Below, one piece after another: positions 34,656-43,177 of a DNA stretch of 64,000 nt (its first letter is position 1; each line of letters starts with the position of its first letter). This DNA is from Epithemia pelagica. Lineage: Eukaryota; Protista; Bacillariophyta. The stretch covers positions 1,426,001 through 1,490,000 of the forward strand of contig OX337229.1 in assembly GCA_946965045.2 (NCBI GenBank), given 5' to 3'. A program made the position numbers and the translations under genes. The notes below the pieces were generated by a model. The model was not told the origin of the DNA. It was given only the letters and a program-made list of their open reading frames with translations, and did not search any database.

Positions 34656-37600
34656 CTAAACTAGATCTGGGGTGGGGTGGTCATGTACGGAGTAGGCGAT
34701 GTGTGGGTTGAATGGGTGGGGGAAGTAACGGGTGGCGGGACAGACGGTGAAAACGGAGGATTTTTGGATCCTACTCAATTTTCGTTGCTGCGCAAGATGG
34801 AGGTCAGTGGTGGACAGGGCATCAAGGATATGTTGGGCCAAGGCCGTGGTTATCGCATGACCGAGCGAAAGAGAGGCATGGCGAGTCAGAGTCTGTTGTA
34901 ATGGGGACGGGGTTGGGTGCGAGCGAGTCTGCGCTTGGTGGAGGAGGTTCGAGGGGCCAAACTGGAGAATGTTGTTGTATGCCAAAAAACCATCGGGGTG
35001 GGGAAGGCAGCGGTCGGAGCGTCCGAGTTGGGGTGTGAGCCAAGGAGGAGGAAGGGAAGGAGAGAGGGAGTGCCATGGGGGCGGGCCAAAGAAGAAATTG
35101 TGGGCAAAATGGCCGAGACCGCCGAGGTGATCGATGGAAAAGGGTAGGAGTAACAAGTTGTTGGTGTTGATGAGCGCGGTGGTGGTGGTGTCATGAGTAA
35201 ATTTGTGTCGAGCGGCGTGATGGTGAATCTGGGATGCAGCAGTGGCAATTGTGTCGAACGATTGACCATAACGGATTTGCTCTTGGGAAGGGGCGGTTGG
35301 TGGGAGATGGGGGTGAGCGGGAGGAACGGTGATATCAATGGCAAGGTACCGGAAGCGGTTGTCGGGAAGGGGCGGATGTAAGGCGATGCCTATGTCTGCG
35401 GGGCGGATGTTGCGTGGGTGGTGAGGGAGGAGGTTGGTAGGCTCCATGTGGACGTCGGAGGTAGTGCGTGTCCATTCGGCTCGTGGGGCCAGCTCTTGAG
35501 CAAGAAAAAACACGGCGTCGCGGAGTTTATTGGAGAGTTTGGTTTTGTGGTGCTTTTGGCACGAGAAGAAATGGTCGCCGTAGGGGTCAAGGCGTGGGTG
35601 GGAGGCGCAGAAGCAGTGAGAGGGGAAGTGGAGGGGAAGGAAGGGGAGGCGGAGCTTACGAGCGATAGCGATTTCAAAAAGAGAATTGGGAATGCGAAAA
35701 TGATTGAGGAACCGTGGTTGATGGAGGGGGTCGCTGGTAAGTCGGGAAAGCGCCGAAGGGAGTGAGCTGTGTAATTCGGGCGGGGTAGAAGCAACAATCA
35801 AAGGGAGCAGGTGTGTCTCCTGGTTGGAAATGACGAGGTGCCGTTGTGCGTCGTCGGGGTAGGATTCGAAGTCGGTGACTCGGAAATGAAGAACGTGTGG
35901 GAAAAGCGAAGCAAAATGTGAGTGAAGGTCGGCGAGCGAGCGATGGGTTGGAGTTTGGTGGGATGGTGTTGGCGGACCTGGTGGTGGCGGGGAAAAGATG
36001 CTGGTATGGGCTTTAGGGAAGTGGTCGTTGTTGGCGAGGCGGAGGGACCGTCCCAGGGAATTGAGGAGAGACGGGACGGCGGTGGTACGATGGCAAGGAT
36101 ATCCGAGGCCACCAAGGGCCGACGAAAGATTGGCGATGTAAAGGGAGTGGTCGGGCACTTGTTGTGTGTGGGTGAGGTGTCGGAGGAAGGATCGGGTGAT
36201 GGCGTCCAGGCGTGGGGAGAGGAAGTGTTGCCAAATAGTGGAGGTGGGTGGGGTGTTGGAGCGGTGGCGAAGAAGAAGGAGTATATCGGCGGCGAGCAGG
36301 TGGGTTATTTTTGGAAGGATGCAGGTACGGAAGAGGATGGATTTCGTTTGCGAGTTATTGAGTGCGCGGAGAGCCACAGCCGATTGTTCAATGTTGTCGA
36401 GTTTGGACGTGAGAAAGTCTTTGATAAAGTTGTCGTGGCCGATGGGATGGCCAAGAAACCTGGTCCCGGAGGTGATTTCGGCGTCGGAGGGGTTGAGGGG
36501 GTTGAGAAACGAAAGGGCCGATTGGAGGTGGTTGCGGTTGGCGGGGGAAAGGACGTTGGTCGGGCTGGTGCCGTTTGTGGACGACAGGATGCGGGTTTTT
36601 TGTTTATTGAGGTGTATTCCGAGAGGTTTGCCGAGTGTTTCTATTTGCTGGAGAAATGGGAGCAAGTCTTCGTGGAGAAGACAGACGGACGTGTCGTCCA
36701 TGACACTGGCCGTGTGGGCGAGACCGCCGAGGTTGTCGTCGCATGGGAGATGGCGGCGGATGCGTTCGAGGGCACGTGTTGAGAGTGTTCTGTTGATGGT
36801 GGCGGTAAGTGTGGCGAGAACGAGACAGGCAAATAACGGACTCAGAGGGCATCCCTGACTGAAACCTTCTGGTTGGTTAAGAGTTTTGTGGTTTCCCTCG
36901 TGATCTTGGTACCAGTTGTTGGTGTCGGAGGCGTAGAGGAGGTCGAAAAGGGCAACGAGTGGTTTGGTGTCGTCGTTGTTGTGGAGTATTTCGCGGCATC
37001 TTGTTCTGGAACAGGCATTGAACATATTGGTCAAGTCTAAGAGGACGAGGGCGCGTGAGGGTGGTGAGTCGTTGGTGGTGGTTGTGATGTATCTGTCAAT
37101 TTGTTGTTGTGTGAGGTGGGCGGTGAAGTCTACGCCGCCACTTGTGTTTATGCCGTATTGTCCTTGTTGAGTTAGCAGGGGTTCGATGTCGTGGCAGGTG
37201 TGAGTGAGGGCTATGGTGGCTGCTGTGCGTCGAAGTGCTGTCCCGATTCCGATGGGTCGCAGTTTGTCGAGATTAGCCATATCTTTGTGCAAGGCGAAGA
37301 AATGGATGGACGAGAAAAGGGGGCGGATAGGAGGCGGTATTTGGTTGTTGAGAATTGCGGTGAACAGCGTTTTCAGGTTGTGGAAGTAGGGCCGATCGGA
37401 TGACGGGTGGGTTGTAGAGCGTTGTAGGCCGAGGGCCCTTAGGCTGTCGATGGACGCGGAAAAGGGACCTGGGGCGGTGCCCTGACTGAGGCGGTGCAGA
37501 GCTTTCTCGAGGGTGTTGTCCGAGATGGAAGTGTGGTGGTTGGGTGTGTAGCTATGGTTGCGGAGGTGGTGTGGTGGGTCGATTCGGGGCGGGTAGAGCG

Positions 37601-38513
37601 TGGAAGAAACGATGGCGATCCGTTCGGGGGTTAATGTGGCAATCGGCATTGTTGCGGTGAGGCGGTTGTGGGCGGCGCGGAGGTTTCCGAGGTCCGCTGC
37701 TTGCTGGGCGAAAGAGGCCATTGTTGTTGGTGTTGGCGCCGTTGGTGTTGTGTTGTGTTGGCGTTGTTTGTGCTTGTTGGTTCGTGTTGGGGTGGGTTTT
37801 GGTGTTGGGGATGGGTGCCATACGTTGTGGTAAAGTAGGATCAAATCGCCCTGTTTGAGTTGCGCGACTCTGTGTTTGAGGGCGTTGTGGTGTGTTCGGT
37901 GGTGGGTGTGTTTGATGGGAGCTAGAAGCAGTGCTTCAAGAATCAGTAAAAGTTTCCAGAAAGGGACGCTGTCGGTGTTGTGTTTTGGATATGGGGAGGT
38001 GGTGTGGTTGTCGGCCAAGGGGAGGGAGGCTTGGTTGGTCCAGTCGACTACCATGTTTAGTGTTTGGAGGAAGAGGCGTTTTGCCTGGGGCTTGAGACGT
38101 GTGAACGAAGAGCGTCGGAAGGGCGGCGGTGTGAGGTCAAGGTTGTAGAGGAAGGCCAGTTGGTCCAACCATTGCTGGGTTTGGGTGGGGGAGAGGTGGC
38201 GGAGTGTGGTCTGGACGATGTTGATGTTGGTGGTGTGGCGGCAGTGACTTCGATTGGTGTGGGCTTGGAGGTGGCGTGGTGTGAGGTAAATTGCGGCCGG
38301 GTCGTTGCAAAATCGGCATGGGTGGAGGTTGTGTTGTTGACAAAATCGGTCAGTGAGGTGGGTGGTTGGGAGGTCTGGGTGTGTCTGTTGAATGTGGAGT
38401 CGGAGTTCGTCGGTAGTTTGTCGCGGGGTTTGGGAGGGAGTGGAGTGCCATGAGCAGGTGGGGTAGGGGCAAGTGGTGGGGGTTGGTTGGGGCGTTCTTT
38501 GGAGACTACACAT
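34656..38513 (-). CDS. Retrotransposon ORF2: 2x C2H2 finger, reverse transcriptase, CCHC, restriction-like endonuclease
   Basis: CPYPTC..HIQQTH and CRFC..HTNRSH fingers. RT motifs TAPGP, KLRPIGIG, LLDLTNMFN, GFSQGCPLSP, VMDD, LNKQKT, FLGHPIG. Then CFC..GDHFFSC and RPAD..AIDITV. Confidence 0.92.
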   Translation of the reverse strand: MCSLQRTPQPTPTTCPYPTCSWHSTPSQTPRQTTDELRLHIQQTHPDLPTTHLTDRFCQQHNLHPCRFCNDPAAIYLTPRHLQAHTNRSHCRHTTNINIVQTTLRHLSPTQTQQWLDQLAFLYNLDLTPPPFRRSSFTRLKPQAKRLFLQTLNMVVDWTNQASLPLADNHTTSPYPKHNTDSVPFWKLLLILEALLLAPIKHTHHRTHHNALKHRVAQLKQGDLILLYHNVWHPSPTPKPTPTRTNKHKQRQHNTTPTAPTPTTMASFAQQAADLGNLRAAHNRLTATMPIATLTPERIAIVSSTLYPPRIDPPHHLRNHSYTPNHHTSISDNTLEKALHRLSQGTAPGPFSASIDSLRALGLQRSTTHPSSDRPYFHNLKTLFTAILNNQIPPPIRPLFSSIHFFALHKDMANLDKLRPIGIGTALRRTAATIALTHTCHDIEPLLTQQGQYGINTSGGVDFTAHLTQQQIDRYITTTTNDSPPSRALVLLDLTNMFNACSRTRCREILHNNDDTKPLVALFDLLYASDTNNWYQDHEGNHKTLNQPEGFSQGCPLSPLFACLVLATLTATINRTLSTRALERIRRHLPCDDNLGGLAHTASVMDDTSVCLLHEDLLPFLQQIETLGKPLGIHLNKQKTRILSSTNGTSPTNVLSPANRNHLQSALSFLNPLNPSDAEITSGTRFLGHPIGHDNFIKDFLTSKLDNIEQSAVALRALNNSQTKSILFRTCILPKITHLLAADILLLLRHRSNTPPTSTIWQHFLSPRLDAITRSFLRHLTHTQQVPDHSLYIANLSSALGGLGYPCHRTTAVPSLLNSLGRSLRLANNDHFPKAHTSIFSPPPPGPPTPSHQTPTHRSLADLHSHFASLFPHVLHFRVTDFESYPDDAQRHLVISNQETHLLPLIVASTPPELHSSLPSALSRLTSDPLHQPRFLNHFRIPNSLFEIAIARKLRLPFLPLHFPSHCFCASHPRLDPYGDHFFSCQKHHKTKLSNKLRDAVFFLAQELAPRAEWTRTTSDVHMEPTNLLPHHPRNIRPADIGIALHPPLPDNRFRYLAIDITVPPAHPHLPPTAPSQEQIRYGQSFDTIATAASQIHHHAARHKFTHDTTTTALINTNNLLLLPFSIDHLGGLGHFAHNFFFGPPPWHSLSPSLPPPWLTPQLGRSDRCLPHPDGFLAYNNILQFGPSNLLHQAQTRSHPTPSPLQQTLTRHASLSLGHAITTALAQHILDALSTTDLHLAQQRKLSRIQKSSVFTVCPATRYFPHPFNPHIAYSVHDHPTPDLV

Positions 38514-41500
38514 TGTGTACGGGTTCCCCGTGGGGGCTGGAGTCAGTGGGGTTTTGGTCGATATCCATGTCGGTGGCGGTGTTGTTGTTGTGGGTGTTTG
38601 TGGGGCCGTTGATGAAAGTGGTGGTTGGGTCGTTGATTAGGTCGTGGGCGAACTGCCAAATGGTTTTGGCATCCGTGGTGTTGAACGAGGTGAGTTGGTT
38701 GGTGAGTTGGTTGGCGAATGTGGGAAGGAGGGTTGGGTTGTTGGTGCGGATGTAGTCGTCTAGAAGGTCTAACTCGTGTGTTGTGTCTTGGGAGAAGGAG
38801 AAGTGGTTTGTGGGGATGAGGTGTAGGAGGTGGTCGGGGGGGCGGTTGTGTTTATCGGTGCGGTCGTTGTCGGTGGGGGTGTTGTTGGCGGTGTTGTTGT
38901 TGTGGTGATGGGTGAGAAGGTTTGTATCGGGGGGCGGTGTGGAACGTGGGTCGGTGGTGTTGGTGGGGTGGTTGTCCTCGTCGTCTTCTTCCGCGAGGGC
39001 GGCGAAGGAGTTGGATTGCAGTGGTGTTGGTGGTTTGTCGACGGCGGACGGAACGGGGGCGTCATGTGGGGAAGCGGGACGTTTGCGTGTTTGTGGATGG
39101 TCATCGTTGTTGTTGTTGTCGTGTTCGTGTTCGTTGTTGTGGGAGTTATTGTCGTGTTCGTGTTCGTTGTCGTGGAAGGGTTCAGTGTCTGGTGATGGGG
39201 ACGGTGAAGGGGTAGTGAGGTCGACGTAGTTGTGGATGGGGTTGAAGCGGTTGGCAAGTTCGGCGAGTCGTTTTGTGCGTTGGATTGTGGTGGAACGGTG
39301 TGGTGATGGTGTTGGCGGTTTCGCGGCTATGGTCGCGGAGGTTGTGGTGAGGAGGTTGCTGGGGAAGGCGGCGAGTTTTTGTTGAATGTTGGTGGGGTTG
39401 ACATGGATGGTTCCTAGGTTGCAGTGGAGGAAGAGGTGGTGACTTTCCGGGGACGGGTTGTGGGCCGAGAATTGCGGGAATATGCCTCGGTAGTCTTTGA
39501 GGTGGTAGAGTGCGTCCCAGTCGTCTTGGGTGGCGTGTGGGTTGAGGTTGTGCAGACGGACGACGGTGTAGGTGGAGAAGTTTTGGTCGATGGTTTTGAG
39601 ACTGTTGACGTACGCGGTGCGTTCAACTGGGTTTTCCGGGAAGGGGAGGAGTTGGAATGGGACGTTGTGGTAGGAGAGGTCTTGTTTATTGGCGGCCGTG
39701 AAAGCTTCCGTGGCGTCGAGGAGGGTTTCGAATTTTTCTGTTGAGGAGGCGGAGATGATGAGGGTAGGTAAGGTGAGATGGGGGCCCTTGGGCGATTGGT
39801 TGCCCGTGATGGTTCCATCACGGAGGCCGATGTGAGTGGTGAAGTCTTCGGTTAGATGGAGGTCGGCGGGGAGGAAGGGAAGGAGTTGTTTGCGGACGGT
39901 CGCGAGTACGTCAAGGAAGGCACGTTTGTGGTACAGGGTTTTGGGGGGGAGGCCAGCTAGGATTCCGAGGCCGCGGCAGTCGGTGTGGTTGCACGCAGGT
40001 GCATAGAGGCGGAGTTGGGGGGCGCGTTCGTTGGTGGTGGGTTGGGATTCGTGGGTGCCAGGGGGGAGGATGTCGCGGAGTCCGGTAGTGGGGTCTGTGG
40101 TGAAATCGGACTGGTGGTGGTGATTCCATTTCTGGAGGATGAATTTGCGAGCTTGTTCGTGGAACAGCTCGGGATCAAATTGGTCGTCGGTGACCGCCGG
40201 TTGGAGTTTGACTTGGAAGGTGGATACGTGGCCGCGGGGTGGGGAGTTTGTGGTGCCGCGTCTGGGCGGGGAAGGTACCTTGGTGTTTTGGTAGGTGACT
40301 TCGTGGACGGCGAGGAGGATGATGGTTTCGCGGGGCTTGTGGTGTTCTAACGTTGCTTCGATGATGTCTTTGATGGTGGTGCCGCTGAGGGGAGGGAGTC
40401 GTTGTTCGCGCTGGGGGTCGGGGTCATGGTGAATGTATGCATTCCAAATGATCATGTCGGTGGGGGTGTCGGTGGAGTGGTTGGTGTTGAGGTACGAATA
40501 CGGACTGGTGGGGGGGGTGTATGGTTTCTTGGCATGTTTCGGTGTTTTGTATGGGTTAGTGGAGGGAGGGCTGGTGGATTTCGGTGTTTTGGATGGGTTG
40601 GGGGAAGGAGGGTTGGTGGGAACGCCGGCTGGAGTGGGCGTGGGGACGGCGGGCGGAGTAGGTGTGGTGGTGGTGGGCGGGGTCGTAGGGGTGGGAGCAC
40701 GATGGAGGTGTGGTGGGGATTCGGGTTGAGGTTTGGGCTTGGACTTGGCGAGCAGGGTCTTGTTGAAGTGGTCGAATGCGGTGGGCTTGGGCTTGTTTTT
40801 CTTGTTTTTGTTTTTGTTGGGAAGGGGCGTGAGAGTGGAGATGGGGATGTGGTGGGGTCCTTGGTGAGGGGGACGGTTGTGGCGGGCAGGTGGCGGGGCC
40901 ATGGTCAAACTTGTTGAGGCTTGGAGCACTTTTGGTAGTTGTGTAATGATTAGGACGCTTTTTGGACAAAACTGATTTTGTGAGAGCAGGAGCCGGGAGA
41001 GCGAATGGGCGCGGTTGGGGGTAGACGGTGGTTGGTAGGTGTTGGGGGAAAAGCTACGGCGGGGGTTTACTGTGGTGGTGTCAGTGGGGAAGGTGTCAAG
41101 GGCGGATGGTTGGGTGTCAGTTGGCATCGGACGTGGCGGGAGAATGGTGGGTAGGGCCTGGGGAGTGTGTAGTTTTGCCGTGGAGTGGGGGTTGCAGCTG
41201 GTCGGGTGATGTCTATGTCGCCGGTTTGGTGTCGTCGGTTGTTGAAGTTGGTGGTTGGGGCATTTGGTTGGTGTCTGACGGTTGGGGGTAGATGGTGGTT
41301 GGTAGGTGTTGGGGGAGAAGAGACGGCGGGGGTTGACTGTGGTGGTGTCAGTAGGGAGGGTGTCAAGGGCGGATGGTTGGGTGTCAGTTGGCATCGGACG
41401 TGGTAGGAGGATGGTGGGTAGGGCCTGGGGAGTGTGTAATTTTGCCGTGGGGTTGGGGTTGCAGCTGGTCGGGTGGTGTCTATGTCGCCGGTTTGGTGTC

Positions 41501-42033
41501 ATCGGGTGTTGAAGTTGGTGGTTTGGGCATTTGGTTGGTGTCTGGTTATGGATAGGGGAGCAGCTGGTAGGGACGCGTGGTGGGGGGAGTGTGTCGGAGG
41601 GACAGGAGGTAGGGAAAAGTGGGCAGTTGGTTGTGTCAAGTTTTCCGGTGCAACTGCAGGTTGGGTGGGTGCAAGTGCAGGTGGGTGGGGGGATCTGGCG
41701 TGGGCGGTAGTGGTGGAGTTGGGCCGGATGGCGTCTGGGGGGTGGGGGGACGGGAGTTTGGTTGGGTGTTGTGTGGTTGGGTGTCGGGGACCATGGTGGG
41801 TTGGGGCGAGAGCAGAAAGCGGAATGAGGGACTGCCGGGGGAGGACGAATGTCGCGGGTGGGACAAGGGTGGTGTGGAGGGAGACGACCGGAGGAGGTGG
41901 GGGAGCCGGAGGGAGGAGGTACCGGGCGATGTGGGGATGGGGATGCCGTGCTGGGGCCTGGGCGGGCCGGAAGTGCCTGTGGGTCGAGCTGGGAACGCTG
42001 GAACGGCGGCTTCCGGGGCCGATGCACTCTCAT
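38506..42033 (-). CDS. Retrotransposon ORF1, unknown function (Pro/Thr/His-rich termini, globular core)
   Basis: 1175-codon uninterrupted ORF overlapping the ORF2 start by 8 nt. A downstream start such as MAPPPAR is also possible. Confidence 0.75.
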   Translation of the reverse strand: MRVHRPRKPPFQRSQLDPQALPARPGPSTASPSPHRPVPPPSGSPTSSGRLPPHHPCPTRDIRPPPAVPHSAFCSRPNPPWSPTPNHTTPNQTPVPPPPRRHPAQLHHYRPRQIPPPTCTCTHPTCSCTGKLDTTNCPLFPTSCPSDTLPPPRVPTSCSPIHNQTPTKCPNHQLQHPMTPNRRHRHHPTSCNPNPTAKLHTPQALPTILLPRPMPTDTQPSALDTLPTDTTTVNPRRLFSPNTYQPPSTPNRQTPTKCPNHQLQQPTTPNRRHRHHPTSCNPHSTAKLHTPQALPTILPPRPMPTDTQPSALDTFPTDTTTVNPRRSFSPNTYQPPSTPNRAHSLSRLLLSQNQFCPKSVLIITQLPKVLQASTSLTMAPPPARHNRPPHQGPHHIPISTLTPLPNKNKNKKNKPKPTAFDHFNKTLLAKSKPKPQPESPPHLHRAPTPTTPPTTTTPTPPAVPTPTPAGVPTNPPSPNPSKTPKSTSPPSTNPYKTPKHAKKPYTPPTSPYSYLNTNHSTDTPTDMIIWNAYIHHDPDPQREQRLPPLSGTTIKDIIEATLEHHKPRETIILLAVHEVTYQNTKVPSPPRRGTTNSPPRGHVSTFQVKLQPAVTDDQFDPELFHEQARKFILQKWNHHHQSDFTTDPTTGLRDILPPGTHESQPTTNERAPQLRLYAPACNHTDCRGLGILAGLPPKTLYHKRAFLDVLATVRKQLLPFLPADLHLTEDFTTHIGLRDGTITGNQSPKGPHLTLPTLIISASSTEKFETLLDATEAFTAANKQDLSYHNVPFQLLPFPENPVERTAYVNSLKTIDQNFSTYTVVRLHNLNPHATQDDWDALYHLKDYRGIFPQFSAHNPSPESHHLFLHCNLGTIHVNPTNIQQKLAAFPSNLLTTTSATIAAKPPTPSPHRSTTIQRTKRLAELANRFNPIHNYVDLTTPSPSPSPDTEPFHDNEHEHDNNSHNNEHEHDNNNNDDHPQTRKRPASPHDAPVPSAVDKPPTPLQSNSFAALAEEDDEDNHPTNTTDPRSTPPPDTNLLTHHHNNNTANNTPTDNDRTDKHNRPPDHLLHLIPTNHFSFSQDTTHELDLLDDYIRTNNPTLLPTFANQLTNQLTSFNTTDAKTIWQFAHDLINDPTTTFINGPTNTHNNNTATDMDIDQNPTDSSPHGEPVHNV
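41012..41544. repeat. 267-bp (89-codon) tandem duplication inside ORF1
   Basis: CATTTGGTTGGTGTCTG at 41261 and 41528. The peptide TPTKCPNHQL...QPPSTPNR occurs twice. Confidence 0.92.
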
Positions 42034-42427
42034 CGTGGCTACCAGGGTCCGACAGAGTGGTTAGGGAGGATAAGGTCTCGCTTGTTCGATTTAGTTACGT
42101 CTTTGTCTTTCGGTTTTCAAAACTTTTGTCCATTTTGTTTTTGGAGCGAAAAGTGTGGAAGCAGTACGGATGTCATTTGTTCCAGTCCCCCAGTCCCGAA
42201 AGGCCTTGGAGATGGAGTTGTGCTGGGTGCGGGACTGAGCCATCCTGTCGTGCGCACAAAAGCGGAGGAGAAGTTCCACGTGGAGCGTCACCGGAAACCA
42301 ACACCAACCGTATTTCACTGTCACCCATCAACACTCCACTCCCACACCCACCCACGAAGAATCTGTCAAGGACCAAGAACACAGCGACACCAACGAACTC
42401 ATACACATTGAACGAAGTATCAATCCC

Positions 42428-43177
42428 ATGATCTCTTTTACTGTTACCATCTCATGTGTTTGCTTGCTCGTATTTATATCGCCTGTCGAGTGCTTTCTCC
42501 AGCAGATGCTGTACCCTATCTCTTTGACCCCGACGCAAAATCCCCAATCCCAAGAGATTATGGACCGCACACACAAAGCCTCGCGTGTGGCTGACGAGCC
42601 AATGCTGTTCGATGACAATATTCTGAACGATATGCAATCAGCTTTACTCAAACTCGAACGGAGAGTACAGGAAGGACCAGGTTCTCTGTCAATTTTGGAC
42701 GTCGAAGAACTCAGTGGAGAAATGTCACGAATCATGAAAGAAATGCATCAGAATCCTCATAGGAGAGCTTTGCGTCCGAGCGAGCGCGATGCAAGTGATA
42801 GCAATCCGTCAACTCTTCAAAATCCTCCAAAGCCACTTGAAAGTGTTCAAAGCGAGCCGAAACGTACTGTTATCGACACGTCGAACGATGAAGGACCCGC
42901 CTATGATGGAACAGGCGGCATGGGTCAGCCACAAGGAACTGTGAATACCTATGTGATTGAGGGGATGGATGGAATGTCCCCCGAGGAATATCAAAAGGCA
43001 CTGCAAGATTCAATAATCGAGCGACAAAGAAAAAGAAGGGCTTCTGGGACTACTGGCAATCGGGCCACATGGGACTACCTTACATCTCTTGGTGGAAGCA
43101 CTGGTGTCATAAAGACTGATGAAGATTCAAAAGCCGATCAAGACGATGACAATAAGAAAGACTTCAAACCCTTCTGA
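42428..43177 (+). CDS. Hypothetical protein with signal peptide plus F (plastid-type leader)
   Basis: Leader MISFTVTISCVCLLVFISPVEC-F. Contains YVIEGMDGMSPEEYQKALQ. Confidence 0.7.
   Translation: MISFTVTISCVCLLVFISPVECFLQQMLYPISLTPTQNPQSQEIMDRTHKASRVADEPMLFDDNILNDMQSALLKLERRVQEGPGSLSILDVEELSGEMSRIMKEMHQNPHRRALRPSERDASDSNPSTLQNPPKPLESVQSEPKRTVIDTSNDEGPAYDGTGGMGQPQGTVNTYVIEGMDGMSPEEYQKALQDSIIERQRKRRASGTTGNRATWDYLTSLGGSTGVIKTDEDSKADQDDDNKKDFKPF

Larger units (their letters stand above)
34610..42107 (-). mobile_element. CRE-clade (RLE-type) non-LTR retrotransposon, two ORFs, apparently intact; boundaries tentative
   Basis: ORF2 carries ZF-RT-CCHC-RLE and ORF1 lies upstream. Composition shifts sharply relative to the flanks. 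The 3' end is A-rich (34611-34628 on minus). Candidate 9-bp TSD TTTCGGTTT at 34601-09 and 42108-16. Confidence 0.88.

Noticed and set aside
35922-36858. Long plus-strand ORFs antisense to the retroelement (also 41473..42431)
   Set aside because: V/G/W-rich shadows caused by the G/T-rich, stop-poor strand. No domain features.
42058-42066. GGTTAGGG telomere-like motif near the element's 5' end (MoTeR-like targeting?)
   Set aside because: About one repeat unit only, no array, and no match at the 3' junction.
42130-42170. TTTTTGGAGC and GCAGTAC resembling the U2 snRNA Sm site and loop IV
   Set aside because: Spacing is far too short and the conserved U2 5' region is absent.
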